In this document: positions 60,990 to 64,000 of the stretch, piece by piece
Position numbering within the stretch: the stretch's first letter is position 1
Layout of the letters: each line of letters starts with the position of its first letter
Assembly (NCBI GenBank): GCA_040903745.1
Contig: JBBDUV010000047.1
Location: 3,779-67,778, forward strand
Direction: 5' to 3'
Origin: Bacteroidales bacterium
GTDB taxonomy: Bacteria; Bacteroidota; Bacteroidia; Bacteroidales; GCA-2748055
DNA: 64,000 bases
Program-made: the position numbers and the translations under genes
The notes under the pieces: generated by a model
Seen by the model: the letters and a program-made list of their open reading frames with translations, nothing else
Told to the model about the DNA's origin: nothing
The model's database searches: none

Positions 60990-61661
60990 TTACTCATTGC
61001 CAATAAAATCAAGCGCTGTATTCAGGTAGTTGTTCAGCGGTACCAGCTGAATAAAGTGTTCGGAGATATTATCGGCAAAGTTCTCTGTGAGCAACTCCTT
61101 TGTATCGAGGTTGCGCGACAGTAAAATGTGCTTGTATTTAAGCAGCTCGACGAATGGACCTTCATCGGGAAATCCTTTCGGACCCCTTTTCAGCTTGTCC
61201 TTCTCATACATGGAATAGCCCAGCTTCTCTTTTTCAACGATGATCGCACTGAGCTCTGCCGGCCGGAACACGATCTCTTGCCTGATTGCCTGGAGCGCCT
61301 CTTTCGGCGGACTATAGACGCCTGCCGCTAGAAAAGGATCTTCGTTGCTCACGTGGATATAGTAGCCTCCCCGGCTGCTTTTCCTTCCCCCTTGTGCCAT
61401 AAATGCACCGAAATGGGTCTTGTAGGGGGTCTTGTCTTTCGAAAACCTTACATCCCTGTAAATCCTGAACGCCGCTTCCCCGGCGGTGAGTTCCAGTAGC
61501 GAAGGATCGTGCGGCTGCAGCCGGTCGATGATTGCCTGTACCTCAATGAGGAACAACTCCTGAGCCTCTTTGTACCGGGCCTTGTTGGCATGGTACCACT
61601 CCCTGTTGTTGTTCAGCTGCAGATCGCTTAGAAAATCGAGAATGTATTTTATTTTACTCAT
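60990..61661 (-). CDS. DUF2461 protein
   Basis: NNNREWY, FRIYRDVRFSKDKTPYK. Confidence 0.92.
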   Translation of the reverse strand: MSKIKYILDFLSDLQLNNNREWYHANKARYKEAQELFLIEVQAIIDRLQPHDPSLLELTAGEAAFRIYRDVRFSKDKTPYKTHFGAFMAQGGRKSSRGGYYIHVSNEDPFLAAGVYSPPKEALQAIRQEIVFRPAELSAIIVEKEKLGYSMYEKDKLKRGPKGFPDEGPFVELLKYKHILLSRNLDTKELLTENFADNISEHFIQLVPLNNYLNTALDFIGNE

Positions 61662-61787
61662 ATTGAATATTTAACATATAGATATTAAACCAGTTATGTA
61701 ATTTGCAACTGCCTTCTGTTGCCTGCCGCTATCCGAAGCAGACATTTTTTACTATTTTTAACAGCTGCAACCAAAAATAGTTCTTTT

Positions 61788-63515
61788 ATGCAAAAGGTAA
61801 ATAGTTTTCTGCTTGCGATCAACGATTATCTGGGCGGACATTGGTGGTTTGTATACCTGCTTCTGCTTACCGGGGTTTTCTTTACGATCTACCTCGGTTT
61901 TCCCCAAATCCGTTATTTTGGACATGCCCTGAAGATTGTTCGTGGCCGGTTCGACCGCAAAGGTGATATCGGCGACACCTCCCATTTCCAGGCGCTCACC
62001 ACGGCGCTCTCGGGCACGGTCGGAACGGGCAACATCGCCGGGGTGGCCCTGGCGATCCACCTGGGCGGACCGGCAGCGCTCTTTTGGATGCTTATCACGG
62101 CTGTTTTTGGGATGTGTACAAAATTCGTTGAGGTAACCATCTCACACAAGTACAGGGATATACTGCCCGATGGAACAGTATCGGGCGGACCGATGTACTA
62201 CATGAAAAAGCGGCTGAATATCAAAACCCCCTCGGGAAAGCTGATCAGGACCGGCGCGGTGCTGGGCGCTTTTTTCGCTTTTGCAACGATCCTCTCGTCG
62301 TTCGGCACCGGAAGTCTACCGCAGATCAATAGTATTTCGGCGGCCCTTTACTCATCGTTCGGCATAGAGCATATCATCACTGGTGCCGTACTGGCCGTTT
62401 TACTTGGACTGGTTATCATCGGTGGGATCAAGCGGATTGCCAGGGTGACCTCCCGGCTTGTTCCAACGATGGCACTGATCTACGTGGTTGGCGCAGTCCT
62501 GGTGATCGGTACCAACTACGAAAATATTATCCCTTCATTCTTCTCCATCTTCACCGATGCATTTACCGGCACCTCAGCCATTGGTGGTTTTCTGGGTGCG
62601 TCTTTTGCGTTTACCTTTAACAAAGGGGTGAACAGGGGACTTTTCTCCAACGAGGCGGGACAGGGTTCTGCGCCTATTGCCCACTCTGCTGCCCGGGCAC
62701 ATGAGCCGGTGTCGGAGGGGATGGTGGCGATTCTCGAGCCGTTTATCGATACGATCCTGATCTGCACCCTCACCGGACTGGTACTGCTCTCCTCGGGGGT
62801 GTGGAACGAGAAGATCGATAACCGTTTTGAGCAGGCCGACCTGGAGATTCTCGCCGGAACATACGACGAGCACGATGCGAAAAACATCCGGCTGCTGAGT
62901 CGCTACTTCAGCAACGACACGACACTCCAGCGTTTCGAGGGATCGCTTGAGGTTTCGGATGGGGTGATTAACACCGGCGGAATCACCATCCTGCATGCCG
63001 AATCCTTTGCTGAGGATGTGCGGGTCCATGTGGGCGATGAGCTGTATACAGGCTTGCTGAAAGTGAACGGGGGAAGACCCGATCTGTCGGACGACAATTT
63101 CTACCTTCATGGAAAATCGCTGATCCACAGTGCGGCACTCACAACGGAGGCTTTCAAGCGTAGTGTTATGGGCGATTCGGGACAGTATATCGTAGCGATC
63201 GGACTGCTGCTCTTTGCTTTCTCGACGGCGATCTCCTGGTCGTACTACGGGGACAGGGCGGTGACCTATTTATGGGGGACAAAGTATGTGATCATTTACC
63301 GGTTGTTCTATGTGTTCGCGTTCTTCATCGCTTCTTTTACCGATACCACCATTGTGTGGAACCTGTCGTATATCACCATTGCGCTGATGACCGTTCCCAA
63401 CCTGTTGGGAATACTTATTTTGCGGCGGGATATTAAGACGACGATCTCCGACTACTGGAAGGATTTTAGTAAAGACTGGCCCGACGCAAAACTACCCAGG
63501 GGTACTAAGTCGTAG
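61788..63515 (+). CDS. Alanine/glycine:cation symporter (AGCS)
   Basis: [56 protein letters not shown]. Confidence 0.95.
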   Translation: MQKVNSFLLAINDYLGGHWWFVYLLLLTGVFFTIYLGFPQIRYFGHALKIVRGRFDRKGDIGDTSHFQALTTALSGTVGTGNIAGVALAIHLGGPAALFWMLITAVFGMCTKFVEVTISHKYRDILPDGTVSGGPMYYMKKRLNIKTPSGKLIRTGAVLGAFFAFATILSSFGTGSLPQINSISAALYSSFGIEHIITGAVLAVLLGLVIIGGIKRIARVTSRLVPTMALIYVVGAVLVIGTNYENIIPSFFSIFTDAFTGTSAIGGFLGASFAFTFNKGVNRGLFSNEAGQGSAPIAHSAARAHEPVSEGMVAILEPFIDTILICTLTGLVLLSSGVWNEKIDNRFEQADLEILAGTYDEHDAKNIRLLSRYFSNDTTLQRFEGSLEVSDGVINTGGITILHAESFAEDVRVHVGDELYTGLLKVNGGRPDLSDDNFYLHGKSLIHSAALTTEAFKRSVMGDSGQYIVAIGLLLFAFSTAISWSYYGDRAVTYLWGTKYVIIYRLFYVFAFFIASFTDTTIVWNLSYITIALMTVPNLLGILILRRDIKTTISDYWKDFSKDWPDAKLPRGTKS

Positions 63516-63720
63516 CAGAATTCTCTCATAAAGTGAATTGCAGCTCATTAGGGCCATTGCAGTTGATTGAGGAACTATTGCAATTGATTTTCAGATCATT
63601 GCAGGTGCTTAATGGGACAACTGTAAATTATTAGCAGGTCGCGGTTATTCTGCAATTTCTCACATAGTCATTTAACAAGCAACCTGTCCTGGGCTCCACA
63701 GGAACTCAGTGGTGCATGGT

Positions 63721-64000
63721 TCAGCCTTTGCGCTCTAGAAGCAGAATATTCTCAATGTGGTGGGTGTGGGGGAACATATCCACGGGCTGACTCTTCAATA
63801 CATTGTAGCCCTCTGATAGTAGCTGAACATCCCTCGCCTGGGTCGCGGGATTGCAGCTTACATAGACGATCCTTTCAGGAGCTGCTTTGAGCAGTTGGGC
63901 CACCACATCGGGGTGCATCCCGGCACGGGGAGGATCGGTGATGATCACATCGGGCCGGCCGTGCTCCGCGATAAATCCTTCGGTAAAAAGATCTTTCATA
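63721..64000 (-). CDS. rlmD: 23S rRNA (uracil-5)-methyltransferase, C-terminal part (5' end outside window)
   Basis: DPPRAG, IVYVSCNPATQARD, DMFPHTHHIE. Confidence 0.92.
   Translation of the reverse strand, partial: MKDLFTEGFIAEHGRPDVIITDPPRAGMHPDVVAQLLKAAPERIVYVSCNPATQARDVQLLSEGYNVLKSQPVDMFPHTHHIENILLLERKG

Noticed and set aside
61662-61787. Glycine riboswitch upstream of the AGCS symporter
   Set aside because: The intergenic region is short and AT-rich, with no recognisable aptamer motifs

Overview
Gene-dense chromosomal window from a Bacteroidota bacterium, probably an anaerobic or facultative Bacteroidales/Marinilabiliales-like lineage. The assignment is inferred from TAnnTTTG -7 promoters, gldF-gldG-DUF4340-dnaN synteny, a stand-alone pheT and a single-chain PurL. 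Housekeeping genes (prfC, purL, sod, pheT, surE, lpxB, gldFG, dnaN, pyk, nfo, trxA, rlmD) flank an accessory block at about 5.5-31 kb. That block holds a LytTR/methyltransferase pair, two toxin-antitoxin modules, tRNA-Ser(GCT), a two-gene unit (pentaheme c-type cytochrome plus a Cyc2-like fused monoheme cytochrome-porin), a TetR-TolC-HlyD-ABC efflux operon, and a respiratory nitrate reductase cluster (hemerythrin-like, narK, narC-like diheme cytochrome, narGHJI) followed by two gene remnants. The most interesting signal is the Cyc2-like porin-cytochrome/pentaheme pair close to a NarC-containing Nar. This is a candidate extracellular-electron-uptake or nitrate-dependent Fe(II)-oxidation chain and is a hypothesis only. 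Non-coding signals include a REP-like cluster (3.5-3.8 kb), a 55-bp dispersed element always in sense orientation inside operons, and a shared motif at identical spacing from the putative -7 elements of two nar-cluster promoters. All calls come from motif recognition by eye; no database searches were run.
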